Part shown: positions 1-9,845 of the stretch, in pieces
Position numbering within the stretch: position 1 is the stretch's first letter
Layout: every line of letters begins with the position of its first letter
Source of the DNA: Ranitomeya imitator
Taxonomy: Eukaryota
Reading direction: 5' to 3'
Assembly: GCF_032444005.1 (NCBI RefSeq)
Contig: NC_091282.1
Coordinates: 752,494,001 to 752,558,000, forward strand
DNA length: 64,000 bases
Made by a program: the position numbers and the translations under genes
Notes under the pieces: model-generated
What the model was told of the DNA's origin: nothing
The model's input: the letters and a program-made list of their open reading frames with translations, nothing else
The model's database searches: none

Positions 1-549
1 AATTGTGATTGCATCTGATTGTGATGTATCTCATCCTTCACATGTGAGAGCAGAACATCAAAGGTCTCAATGGACATCCGTAGATAGCGTTGAAATTTGA
101 AGGGATGATCCCGAAGCTGAACATACAGGGTGTGAAAGGCACCATATGTATTCCGCAAGAAATTCACTTCGTGGATCCAACATCTCCTTTGCGAACTACG
201 CTTTCTCTGCCGAAGTCGCAACCGCATCAAGCGAAATCTAACGAGCTCAGACACAAACATCTTGCTAGCAAAAGTTCACTCAATGCTTTCAAAATGGAGA
301 ATGAGTCTGCACCCACACCCGACGATGACAAAAGGAAAAAAAAAAAAAAAAAGAACAACTTTATTGACAGTGACAAATACAAACAAACTGATACTTCGGT
401 AACGGACATCCAAATGAAAAAACGCGATCACATGCGTTAACGCAAGTGTTACCGTGACGACGATTTTACATAAATTTTGGCTCCTTTTCTGTACATGCGT
501 TTAACGGATCCGTTTAACGCCATGTACTTGACGCAATGTGAACCTAGCC
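1..549. mobile_element. Right-hand part of a non-autonomous MITE-like element (PIF/Harbinger-Tourist-like terminus)
   Basis: Ends in GCAATGTGAACCTAGCC followed by TAA, the GG(C/T)TA(G/T)GT...CAC-type terminus also seen on MITEs at 35911 and 36264. The left end is not identified in the window. Confidence 0.4.
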
Positions 550-814
550 TAAACAGTGGAAACGCCCCAAAAGTGACCCCATTTTGGAAACTAGACCCCC
601 CCAAGGAACTCATCTAGATGTGAGCACTTTGAACCCCCAAATGTTTTACTAAAGTTTATAACGCAGAGCCGTGAAAATAAAATTTTTTTTTCCACAAATG
701 ATTTTTTTAACCCCCAGTTTTGTATTTTCCCATGGGTAACAGGAGAAATTTGACCCCAAAAGTTATTGTCCAATTTGTCCTGAGTACGCTGATACCCCAT
801 ATGTGGGGGTAAAC

Positions 815-1627
815 TGTTATGAAAGGTAATGCAGTACCACAATGGACATAGAGGTCAGAGCACATACAGTGACCTGACAATAACCCAAAAACATAGAACG
901 AGCTCTGAGACGTGGGAACTCTGCTGACCGCAATCCCTACTCCTCTCCAACCACACTAGAGGCAGCCGTGGATTGCACCTAACGCTTCCTATGCAACTCG
1001 GCACAGCCTGAGAAACTAGCTAGCCTGAAGATAGAAAATAAGCCTACCTTGCCTCAGAGAAATACCCCAAAGGAAAAGGCAGCCCCCACATATAATGACT
1101 GTGAGTTAAGATGAAAAGACAAACGCAGAGATGAAATAGATTTAGCAAAGTGAGGCCCGACTTTCTGAACAGAGCGAGGATAGGAAAGGTAACTTTGCGG
1201 TCAACACAAAACCCTACAAAAAACCACGCAAAGGGGGCAAAAAGACCCTCCATACCGAACTAACGGCACGGAGGTACACCCTCTGCGTCCCAGAGCTTCC
1301 AGCAAGCAATAAAAAACAAATAGACAAGCTGGACAGAAAAAAACAGCAAACAAAATAGCAAAGCGGAACTTAGCTATGCAGAGCAGTAGGCCACAGGAAC
1401 GATCCAGGAGGAAACAGATCCAATACTAGAACATTGACTGGAGGCCAGGATCAAAGCACTAGGTGGAGTTAAATAGAGCAGCACCTAACGACTTCACCAC
1501 ATCACCTGAGGAAGGAAACTCAGAAGCCGCAGTACCACTTTCCTCCACCAACGGAAGCTCACAGAGAGAATCAGCCGAAGTACCACTTGTGACCACAGGA
1601 GGGAGCTCTGCCACAGAATTCACAACA
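815..1627 (-). repeat. 3' LTR of the Gypsy element
   Basis: Direct repeat of 5809-6619, TG...CA ends, adjacent to the PPT. Confidence 0.95.
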
Positions 1628-4600
1628 GTACCCCCCCCTTGAGGAGGGGTCACCGAACCCTCACCAGAGCCCCCAGGACGACCAGGATGAGCCATATGAA
1701 AGGCACGAACAAGATCGGGAGCATGGACATCAGAGGCAAAGACCCAGGAATTATCTTCCTGAGCATAACCCTTCCACTTAACCAGATACTGGAGATTCCG
1801 TCTTGAAACACGAGAATCCAAAATCTTCTCCACAATATACTCCAACTCCCCCTCCACCAAAATCGGGGCAGGAGGATCAACAGATGGAACCATAGGTGCC
1901 ACGTATCTCCGCAACAATGACCTATGGAATACGTTATGTATGGAAAAAGAATCTGGAAGGGTCAGACGAAAAGACACAGGATTAAGAACCTCAGAAATCC
2001 TATACGGACCAATGAAACGAGGTTTAAACTTAGGAGAGGAAACCTTCATAGGAATATGACGAGAAGATAACCAAACCAAATCCCCAACACGAAGTCGGGG
2101 ACCCACACAGCGTCTGCGATTAGCGAAACGTTGAGCCTTCTCCTGGGACAAGGTCAAATTGTCCACTACATGAGTCCAAATCTGCTGCAACCTGTCCACC
2201 ACAGTATCCACACCAGGACAGTCCGAAGACTCAACCTGCCCTGAAGAGAAACGAGGATGGAACCCAGAGTTGCAGAAAAACGGCGAAACCAAGGTAGCCG
2301 AGCTGGCCCGATTATTAAGGGCGAACTCAGCCAAAGGCAAAAAGGACACCCAGGCATCCTGATCAGCAGAAACAAAGCATCTCAGATATGTTTCCAAGGT
2401 CTGATTGGTTCGTTCGGTCTGGCCATTAGTCTGAGGATGGAAAGCCGAGGAAAAAGACAAGTCAATGCCCATCCTACCACAAAAGGCTCGCCAAAACCTC
2501 GAAACAAACTGGGAACCTCTGTCAGAAATGATATTCTCTGGAATGCCATATAAACGAACCACATGCTGGAAGAACAATGGCACCAAATCAGAGGAGGAAG
2601 GTAATTTAGACAAGGGTACCAAATGGACCATCTTAGAGAAGCGATCACAGACCTCCCAAATGACTGACATCTTTTGAGAGACGGGAAGATCTGAAATAAA
2701 ATCCATAGAGATATGTGTCCAAGGCCTCTTCGGGACCGGCAAGGGCAAAAGCAACCCACTGGCACGAGAACAGCAGGGCTTAGCCCGAGCACAAATCCCA
2801 CACGACTGCACAAAAGAACGCACATCCCGCGACAGAGATGGCCACCAAAAGGATCTAGCCACTAACTCTCTGGTACCAAAGATTCCAGGATGACCAGCCA
2901 ACACCGAACAATGAACCTCAGAGATAACTTTATTCGTCCACCTATCAGGGACAAACAGTTTCTCCGCTGGGCAACGATCAGGTTTATTAGCCTGAAATTT
3001 TTGCAGCACCCGCCGCAAATCAGGGGAGATGGCAGACACAATTACTCCCTCTATGAGGATACCCGCCGGCTCAGATAAACCCGGAGAGTCGGGCACAAAA
3101 CTCCTAGACAGAGCATCCGCCTTCACACCCTTAGAGCCCGGAAGGTACGAAATCACAAAGTCAAAACAGGCAAAAAACAGCGACCAACGAGCCTGTCTAG
3201 GATTCAACCGCTTGGCAGACTCGAGATAAGTCAAGTTCTTATGATCAGTCAAGACCACCACGCGATGCTTAGCTCCTTCAAGCCAATGACGCCACTCCTC
3301 GAATGCCCACATCATGGCCAGCAACTCTCGATTGCCCACATCATAATTTCGCTCAGCAGGCGAAAACTTCCTGGAAAAGAAGGCGCATGGTTTCATCACC
3401 GAGCAATCAGAACTTCTCTGCGACAAAACAGCCCCCGCTCCAATTTCAGAAGCATCAACCTCGACATGGAATGGAAGCGAAACATCTGGTTGACACAACA
3501 CAGGGGCAGAAGAGAAACGACGCTTCAACTCTTGAAAAGCTTCCACAGCAGCAGAAGACCAATTGACCACATCAGCACCCTTCTTGGTCAAATCGGTCAA
3601 TGGTTTAGCAATACTAGAAAAATTGCAGATGAAGCGACGATAAAAATTAGCAAAGCCCAGGAACTTTTGCAGACTCTTCAGAGATGTCGGCTGAGTCCAA
3701 TCATGGATGGCTTGGACCTTAACGGGGTCCATCTCGATAGTAGAAGGGGAAAAGATGAACCCCAAAAATGAAACCTTCTGAACACCAAAGAGACACTTTG
3801 ATCCCTTCACAAACAAAGAATTAGCACGCAGGACCTGAAACACCGTTCTGACCTGCTTCACATGAGACTCCCAATCATCCGAGAAGATCAAAATGTCATC
3901 CAAGTACACAATCAGGAATTTATCCAGGTACTCTCGGAAGATGTCATGCATAAAGGACTGAAACACTGATGGAGCATTGGCAAGTCCGAATGGCATTACT
4001 AGATACTCAAAATGGCCCTCGGGCGTATTAAATGCAGTTTTACATTCATCGCCTCGCTTAATACGCACAAGATTATACGCACCACGAAGATCTATCTTGG
4101 TGAACCAACTAGCCCCCTTAATCCGAGCAAACAAATCAGATAACAACGGCAAGGGGTACTGAAATTTAACCGTGATCTTATTTAGAAGGCGGTAATCTAT
4201 ACAAGGTCTCAGCGAACCATCCTTCTTGGCCACAAAAAAGAACCCTGCTCCTAATGGCGACGATGATGGACGAATATGCCCCTTCTCCAAGGACTCCTTC
4301 ACATAACTCCGCATAGCGGCGTGCTCAGGCACAGATAAATTAAACAGTCGACCTTTTGGGAATTTACTACCAGGAATCAAATCGATAGCACAATCACAAT
4401 CCCTATGCGGAGGTAGGGTATCGGACTTGGGCTCATCAAATACATCCCGGTAATCAGACAAGAACTCTGGAACCTCAGAAGGGGTGGATGACGAAATAGT
4501 CAGAAATGGGACATCACCATGTACCCCCTGACAACCCCAGCTGGACACAGACATGGATTTCCAATCTAATACTGGATTATGGACTTGTAGCCATGGCAAC

Positions 4601-5661
4601 CCCAACACGACCACATCATGCAGATTATGCAACACCAGAAAGCGAATAACCTCCTGATGTGCAAGAGCCATGCACATGGTCAGCTGGGTCCAGTACTGAG
4701 GCTTATTCTTGGCCAAAGGCGTAGCATCAATTCCTCTCAATGGAATAGGACACTGCAAGGGCTCCAAGAAAAACCCACAACGCCTAGCATACTCCAAGTC
4801 CATCAAATTCAGGGCAGCGCCTGAATCCACAAATGCCATGACAGAATACGATGACAAAGAGCAGATCAAGGTAACGGACAAAAGAAATTTTGACTGTACC
4901 GTACCAATGGTGGCAGACCTAGCGAACCGCTTAGTGCGCTTAGGACAATCAGAGATAGCATGAGTGGAATCACCACAGTAGAAACACAGCCCATTCAGAC
5001 GTCTGTGTTCTTGCCGTTCAACTCTGGTCAAAGTCCTATCGCACTGCATAGGCTCAGGTTTAAGCTCAGGTAATACCGCCAAATGGTGCACAGATTTACG
5101 CTCACGCAAGCGTCGACCGATCTGAATGGCCAAAGACATAGACTCATTCAGACCAGCAGGCATAGGAAATCCCACCATGACATCCTTAAGGGCTTCAGAG
5201 AGACCCTTTCTGAAAATAGATGCGAGCGCACCTTCATTCCATTGAGTGAGTACGGACCACTTTCTAAATTTCTGACAATATACCTCTATGTCATCCTGAC
5301 CCTGACACAGAGCCAGCAAATTTTTCTCTGCCTGATCCACTGAATTAGGTTCATCGTACAGCAATCCGAGCGCCAGGAAAAACGCATCGATATTACTTAA
5401 TGCAGGATCTCCTGACGCAAGAGAAAATGCCCAGTCCTGAGGGTCGCCACGTAAAAAAGAAATAATGATCCTAACTTGTTGAGCTGGGTCACCAGAGGAG
5501 CGAGGTTTCAAAGCCAGAAATAGTTTACAATTATTTTTGAAACTCAGAAATTTAGTTCTATCTCCAAAAAACAAATCAGGAATAGGAATTCTCGGTTCTA
5601 ACATAGAATTCTGAACCACAAAGTCTTGAATACTTTGTACTCTTGCCGTGAGCTGATCCAC
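1459..5661 (-). CDS. Gag-Pol polyprotein (gag, CCHC knuckle, protease, RT, RNase H, integrase, chromodomain) as a single ORF
   Basis: Motifs CFYCGDSTHAISDC, FVDSGA, YLDD, VEVDASE, HPG...CGIC, ISMDFISDL...ISDRGSQF...NGQTER and EYIVEKILDSRVSRRNLQYLVKWKGY. The track start at 5661 is GTG; the first in-frame ATG is about 5604. Confidence 0.95.
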   Translation of the reverse strand: MDQLTARVQSIQDFVVQNSMLEPRIPIPDLFFGDRTKFLSFKNNCKLFLALKPRSSGDPAQQVRIIISFLRGDPQDWAFSLASGDPALSNIDAFFLALGLLYDEPNSVDQAEKNLLALCQGQDDIEVYCQKFRKWSVLTQWNEGALASIFRKGLSEALKDVMVGFPMPAGLNESMSLAIQIGRRLRERKSVHHLAVLPELKPEPMQCDRTLTRVERQEHRRLNGLCFYCGDSTHAISDCPKRTKRFARSATIGTVQSKFLLSVTLICSLSSYSVMAFVDSGAALNLMDLEYARRCGFFLEPLQCPIPLRGIDATPLAKNKPQYWTQLTMCMALAHQEVIRFLVLHNLHDVVVLGLPWLQVHNPVLDWKSMSVSSWGCQGVHGDVPFLTISSSTPSEVPEFLSDYRDVFDEPKSDTLPPHRDCDCAIDLIPGSKFPKGRLFNLSVPEHAAMRSYVKESLEKGHIRPSSSPLGAGFFFVAKKDGSLRPCIDYRLLNKITVKFQYPLPLLSDLFARIKGASWFTKIDLRGAYNLVRIKRGDECKTAFNTPEGHFEYLVMPFGLANAPSVFQSFMHDIFREYLDKFLIVYLDDILIFSDDWESHVKQVRTVFQVLRANSLFVKGSKCLFGVQKVSFLGFIFSPSTIEMDPVKVQAIHDWTQPTSLKSLQKFLGFANFYRRFICNFSSIAKPLTDLTKKGADVVNWSSAAVEAFQELKRRFSSAPVLCQPDVSLPFHVEVDASEIGAGAVLSQRSSDCSVMKPCAFFSRKFSPAERNYDVGNRELLAMMWAFEEWRHWLEGAKHRVVVLTDHKNLTYLESAKRLNPRQARWSLFFACFDFVISYLPGSKGVKADALSRSFVPDSPGLSEPAGILIEGVIVSAISPDLRRVLQKFQANKPDRCPAEKLFVPDRWTNKVISEVHCSVLAGHPGIFGTRELVARSFWWPSLSRDVRSFVQSCGICARAKPCCSRASGLLLPLPVPKRPWTHISMDFISDLPVSQKMSVIWEVCDRFSKMVHLVPLSKLPSSSDLVPLFFQHVVRLYGIPENIISDRGSQFVSRFWRAFCGRMGIDLSFSSAFHPQTNGQTERTNQTLETYLRCFVSADQDAWVSFLPLAEFALNNRASSATLVSPFFCNSGFHPRFSSGQVESSDCPGVDTVVDRLQQIWTHVVDNLTLSQEKAQRFANRRRCVGPRLRVGDLVWLSSRHIPMKVSSPKFKPRFIGPYRISEVLNPVSFRLTLPDSFSIHNVFHRSLLRRYVAPMVPSVDPPAPILVEGELEYIVEKILDSRVSRRNLQYLVKWKGYAQEDNSWVFASDVHAPDLVRAFHMAHPGRPGGSGEGSVTPPQGGGTVVNSVAELPPVVTSGTSADSLCELPLVEESGTAASEFPSSGDVVKSLGAALFNST

Positions 5662-5796
5662 ACATGTCCATCGCTACACCTGTGTCCTGAACCACCCAAA
5701 TGTCTAGGGGAAAAAAAAGGCAAAACACAGTGCAGAGAAAAAAAAAATGGTCTCAGAACTTCTTTTTTCCCTCTATTGAGAATCATTAGTACTTTG

Positions 5797-5805
5797 GGCC
5801 TCCAG
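5797..5805 (-). promoter_or_regulatory. Self-priming primer-binding site
   Basis: Minus-strand CTGGAGGCC, 3 nt inside the 5' LTR boundary, is the exact complement of GGCCTCCAG at 6438-6430 in the LTR. Confidence 0.75.
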
Positions 5806-5808
5806 CAC

Positions 5809-6619
5809 TGTTATGAAAGGTAATTCAGTACCACAATGGACATAGAGGTCAGAGCACATACAGTGACCTGACAATAACCCAAAAACATAGAACGAGCTCT
5901 GAGACGTGGGAACTCTGCTGACCGCAATCCCTAATCCTCTCCAACCACACTAGAGGCAGCCGTGGATTGCGCCTAACGCTCCCTATGCAACTCGGCACAG
6001 CCTGAGAAACTAGCTAGCCTGAAGATAGAAAATAAGCCTACCTTGCCTCAGAGAAATACCCCAAAGGAAAAGGCAGCCCCCACATATAATGACTGTGAGT
6101 TAAGATGAAAAGACAAACATAGAGATGAAATAGATTTAGCAAAGTGAGGCCCAACTTTCTGAACAGAGCGAGGATAGGAAAGGTAACTTTGCGGTCAACA
6201 CAAAACCCTACAAAAACCACGCAAAGGGGGCAAAAAGACCCTCCGTACCGAACTAACGGCACGGAGGTACACCCTCTGCGTCCCAGAGCTTCCAGCAAGC
6301 AGAAAAAAACAAATTGACAAGCTGGACAGAAAAAAACAGCAAACAAATAGCAAAGAGGAACTTAGCTATCCAGAGCAGCAGGCCACAGGAACGATCCAGG
6401 AGGAAACAGGTCCAATACTAGAACATTGACTGGAGGCCAGGATCAAAGCACTAGGTGGAGTTAAATAGCGCAGCAACTAACGACTTCACCACATCACCTG
6501 AGGAAGGAAACTCAGAAGCCGCAGTACCACTTTCCTCCACCAACGGAAGCTCACAGAGAGAATCAGCCGAAGTACCACTTGTGACCACAGGAGGGAGCTC
6601 TGCCACAGAATTCACAACA
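5809..6619 (-). repeat. 5' LTR of the Gypsy element (TATA-like TATTTAA at 6467-6461)
   Basis: Direct repeat of 815-1627, adjacent to the PBS. Confidence 0.95.
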
Positions 6620-6769
6620 GTAAACCACTGTTTGGGTGCACGGCAGAGCTCGGAAGGAAAAGAGTACCGTTTTACTTTTTCAACGCAGAATTGTATGGAT
6701 TGAGATTGGAAGTCATGTTGCGTTTGCAGAGCCCCTGGTGTGTCTAAATAGTAGACACCTCCAATTCTA

Positions 6770-8395
6770 CAGTCATGGCCAAAAGTTTTGACACCCCTGC
6801 AATTCTGTCAGATAATGCTCATTTTCTTCCAGAAAATGATTGCAAACACAAATTCTTTGGTATTATTATCTTCATTTAATTTGTCTTAAATGAAAAAACA
6901 CAAAAGAGCATGAAGCAAAAAGCAAAACATTGATAATTTCACACACAACTCCAAAAATGGGCCAGACAAAAGTATTGGCACCCTCAGCCTAATAATTGGT
7001 TGCACAACCTTTAGCCAAAATAACTGCGACCAACAGCTTCCGGTAACCATCAATGAGTTTCTTACAATGCTCTGCTGGAATTTTAGACCATTCTTTGGCA
7101 AACTGCTCCAGGTCCCTGATATTTGAAGGGTGCCTTCTCCAAACTGCCATTTTTAGATCTCTCCACAGGTGTTCTATGGGATTCAGGTCTGGACTCATTG
7201 CTGCCCACCTTAGAAGTCTCCAGTGCTTTCTCTCAAACCATTTTCTAGTGCTTTTTGAAGTGTGTTTTGGGTCATTGTCCTGCTGGAAGACCTATGACCT
7301 CTGAGGGAGACCCAGCTTTCCCACATTGGGCCCTACATTATGCTGCAAACTTTGTTGGTATTCTTCAGACTTCATAAGGCCATGCACACGGTTAAGCAGT
7401 CCAGTGCCAGAGGCAGCAAAGCAACCCCAAAACATCAGGGAACCTCCCCATGTTTGACTGTAGGGACCGTGTTCTTTTCTTTGCCTCTTTTTTGCTCCTG
7501 TAAACTCTATGTTGATGCCTTTGCCCAAAAAGCTCTACTTTTGTCTCATCTGACCAAAGAACATTCTTCCAAAACGTTTTAGGCTTTTTCAGGTATGTTT
7601 TGGCAAACTGCAGCCTGGCTTTTTTATGTCTCTGGGTAAGAAGTGGGGTCTTCCTGGGTCTCCTACCATACAGTCACTTTTCATTCAGACGCCGACGGAT
7701 AGTACGGGTTGACACTGTTGTACCCTCGGACTGCAGGGCAGCTTGAACTTGTTTGGATGTTAGTCGAGGTTTTTTATCCAACATCCGCACAATCTTGCGT
7801 TGAAATCTCTTGTCAATTTTTCTTTTCCGTCCACATCTAGGGAGGTTAGCCACAGTGCCATGGGCTTTAAACTTCTTGATGACACTGCGCACGGTAGACA
7901 CAGGAACATTCAGGTCTTTGGAGATGGACTTGTAGCCTTGAGATTGCTCATGCTTCCTCACAATTTGGTTTCTCATGTCCTCAGACAGTTCTTTGGATTT
8001 CTTTCTTTTCTCCATGCTCAATGTGGTACACACAAGGACACAGGACAGAGGTTGAGTCAACTTTAATCAATGTCAACTGGCTGCAAGTGTGATTTAGTTA
8101 TTGCCAACACCTGTTAGGTGCCACAGGTAAGTTACAGGTGCTGTTAATTACACAAATTAGAGAAGCATCACATGATTTTTCGAACAGTGCCAATACTTTT
8201 GTCCACCCTCCTTTTTATGTTTGGTGTGAAATTATATCTAATTTGGCTTTAGGACAATTCTTTTTGTGTTTTTTCATTTAAGACAAATTAAATGAAGATC
8301 ATAATACCAAATAATTTGTTTGCAATCATTTTCAGGAAGAAACTGAGTATTAGCTGACAGAATTGCAGGAGTGTCAATACTTTTGGCCATGACTG
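6770..8395 (-). mobile_element. Tc1 DNA transposon with degraded transposase
   Basis: TIRs CAGTCATGGCCAAAAG...CTTTTGGCCATGACTG flanked by TA. Frameshifted transposase pieces: MEKRKKSKELSEDMRNQIV (8060-7674), GGSLMFWGCF and SPDLNPIEHLW. Confidence 0.93.
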
Positions 8396-9466
8396 TAACT
8401 CCAACCTTAACACCCACACACCCCTAACCCTAATCCCAACCCCACGGGTCATTCCATATCAAGTGATCCAAATATGAATATTTTTTTTTACCTGACGTCT
8501 TTAGATTTTTTTTCTTTGTTTTTATGTAGTACAACTTTAGTTAATTACAAATTAAAAGTTTTGGATTTTTTTCTAAGTCAGTTAATTTTTTACAGATTTC
8601 TAAAGTTTTGAAAAAGCACAGATTTTCGCCTGATATGGCTTTACATTTTTTATCATATCTCGGGCTAGAATTAAGATAAAGAGGTTGGAGAGGCATCATT
8701 TTCCTCAGAACAGTACCGGCTTTCATTTGATATGCCTCAAGACTATGTTTCTTTATATTTTGTTTTGTAGAAATTGAATTCAAAATTTTGATGCGCAATT
8801 GTGAAAAAAAGTGTTTTAAAATATTTGAAATAATGCATGTGTGTTACTTGTGTTCTTGTTTATATTTGCAAATAGATTAATGGCTGCACTCAAAATTAAT
8901 CTGTGCTAGAGCAAGGAAATGTGCGATACATGAAATGGGAATAGCATAATGGCTTGTGAAATATATGAAAAAACACATGAGATTCTTAGCACAAGATTTG
9001 GTCAAAAGTTGTGAGCCCATCCACCAATCGTCAAGGTAATCTCTGATCGGATGGGTACCTGAGCTGACTTGTTTATATTTGTACAGGGATTCAACTTGGG
9101 ACCTATCAAATTTTTATTTTTTTTAAGCCTTGAATCATCTGATTTTGTTTGTGCGAGTTTCTTCCTTTTTTCTTTTCAAATTACAGCTTATTGAATTCAA
9201 CATTTATATGCAACAATAAAGTAACAAAAAAACAAATGCCGAAGTGCCAGAATAAATACATCTTAATCATAACACAACTTGCTCAGCATTTTCAACCTGA
9301 ATGTATTGAACAAGCCAAAAGAAAAAGGTGATCATATCCTCAAATGTGATTTTCTAAATAGTCTCATCCTAATTATTTAAAACAAGATTAAAAGAACCAA
9401 TATTTGTTCTACCTATTTATACACGTAACAATTTTTTTTCTATTATATCACTAAACATGTAATTTA

Positions 9467-9822
9467 TGAATTGTCACACACATACCAAAGCTCGCAAAAT
9501 CAACAGACAGCCCTGGCACACCAGCCTGACCAAAGAACTGAGGCGAGCTTCCAGGGCTGCTGAGCGGAGATGGAAAAGATCCCACTCCAATGAGCACTTC
9601 ATTGCATTCAAACAGTCCCTCACTACTTTCAAGACCACAATCGCCACAGCTAAACAAACCTACTTTTCATCGCTCATGTCCTCCCTGTCTCACAACCCTA
9701 AACAATTATTCAACACCTTCAATTCTCTCCTCCATTGCCCAGCACCTCCTCCCTCCCCACTTATCAACTGAAGACTTTGCCTCATTTTTCAAGCAGAAGA
9801 TTGATAACATCAGAGACAGTTA
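9467..9822 (+). mobile_element. L2/CR1-type LINE ORF2 fragment (endonuclease-RT linker)
   Basis: Translation PWHTSLTKELRRASRAAERRWKR...AKQTYF...NPKQLFNTFNSLL...EDFASFFKQKIDNIR, with one frameshift. Confidence 0.75.
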
Positions 9823-9845
9823 TAGTCGACAACCTCGACTGAACG

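Larger units (their letters stand above)
815..6619 (-). mobile_element. Full-length Ty3/Gypsy LTR retrotransposon (chromovirus, Tf1/sushi-like)
   Basis: LTRs at 815-1627 and 5809-6619 with TGTT...AACA termini and about 20 differences by eye. PPT (minus strand GGGGGGGG) next to 1627, PBS at 5797-5805, GTAAAC duplicated at 809-814 and 6620-6625. Contains a gag-pol ORF. Confidence 0.97.
550..8460 (+). mobile_element. Fragment of the TTAA/piggyBac-like non-autonomous repeat family, split by a Gypsy and a Tc1 insertion
   Basis: 550-814, 6620-6769 and 8396-8460 join into the motif series (AAGTGACCCCATTTTGGAAA, GATACCCCATATGTGGGGGTAAACCACTGTTTGGG, CCTAACCCTAATCCCAAC) found inside the element at 22125-27052. 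Confidence 0.7.

Noticed and set aside
90-440. 116-aa ORF with a poly-Lys run
   Set aside because: It lies in MITE-like repeat sequence, the poly-K comes from an A tract, and there is no splice or domain support.
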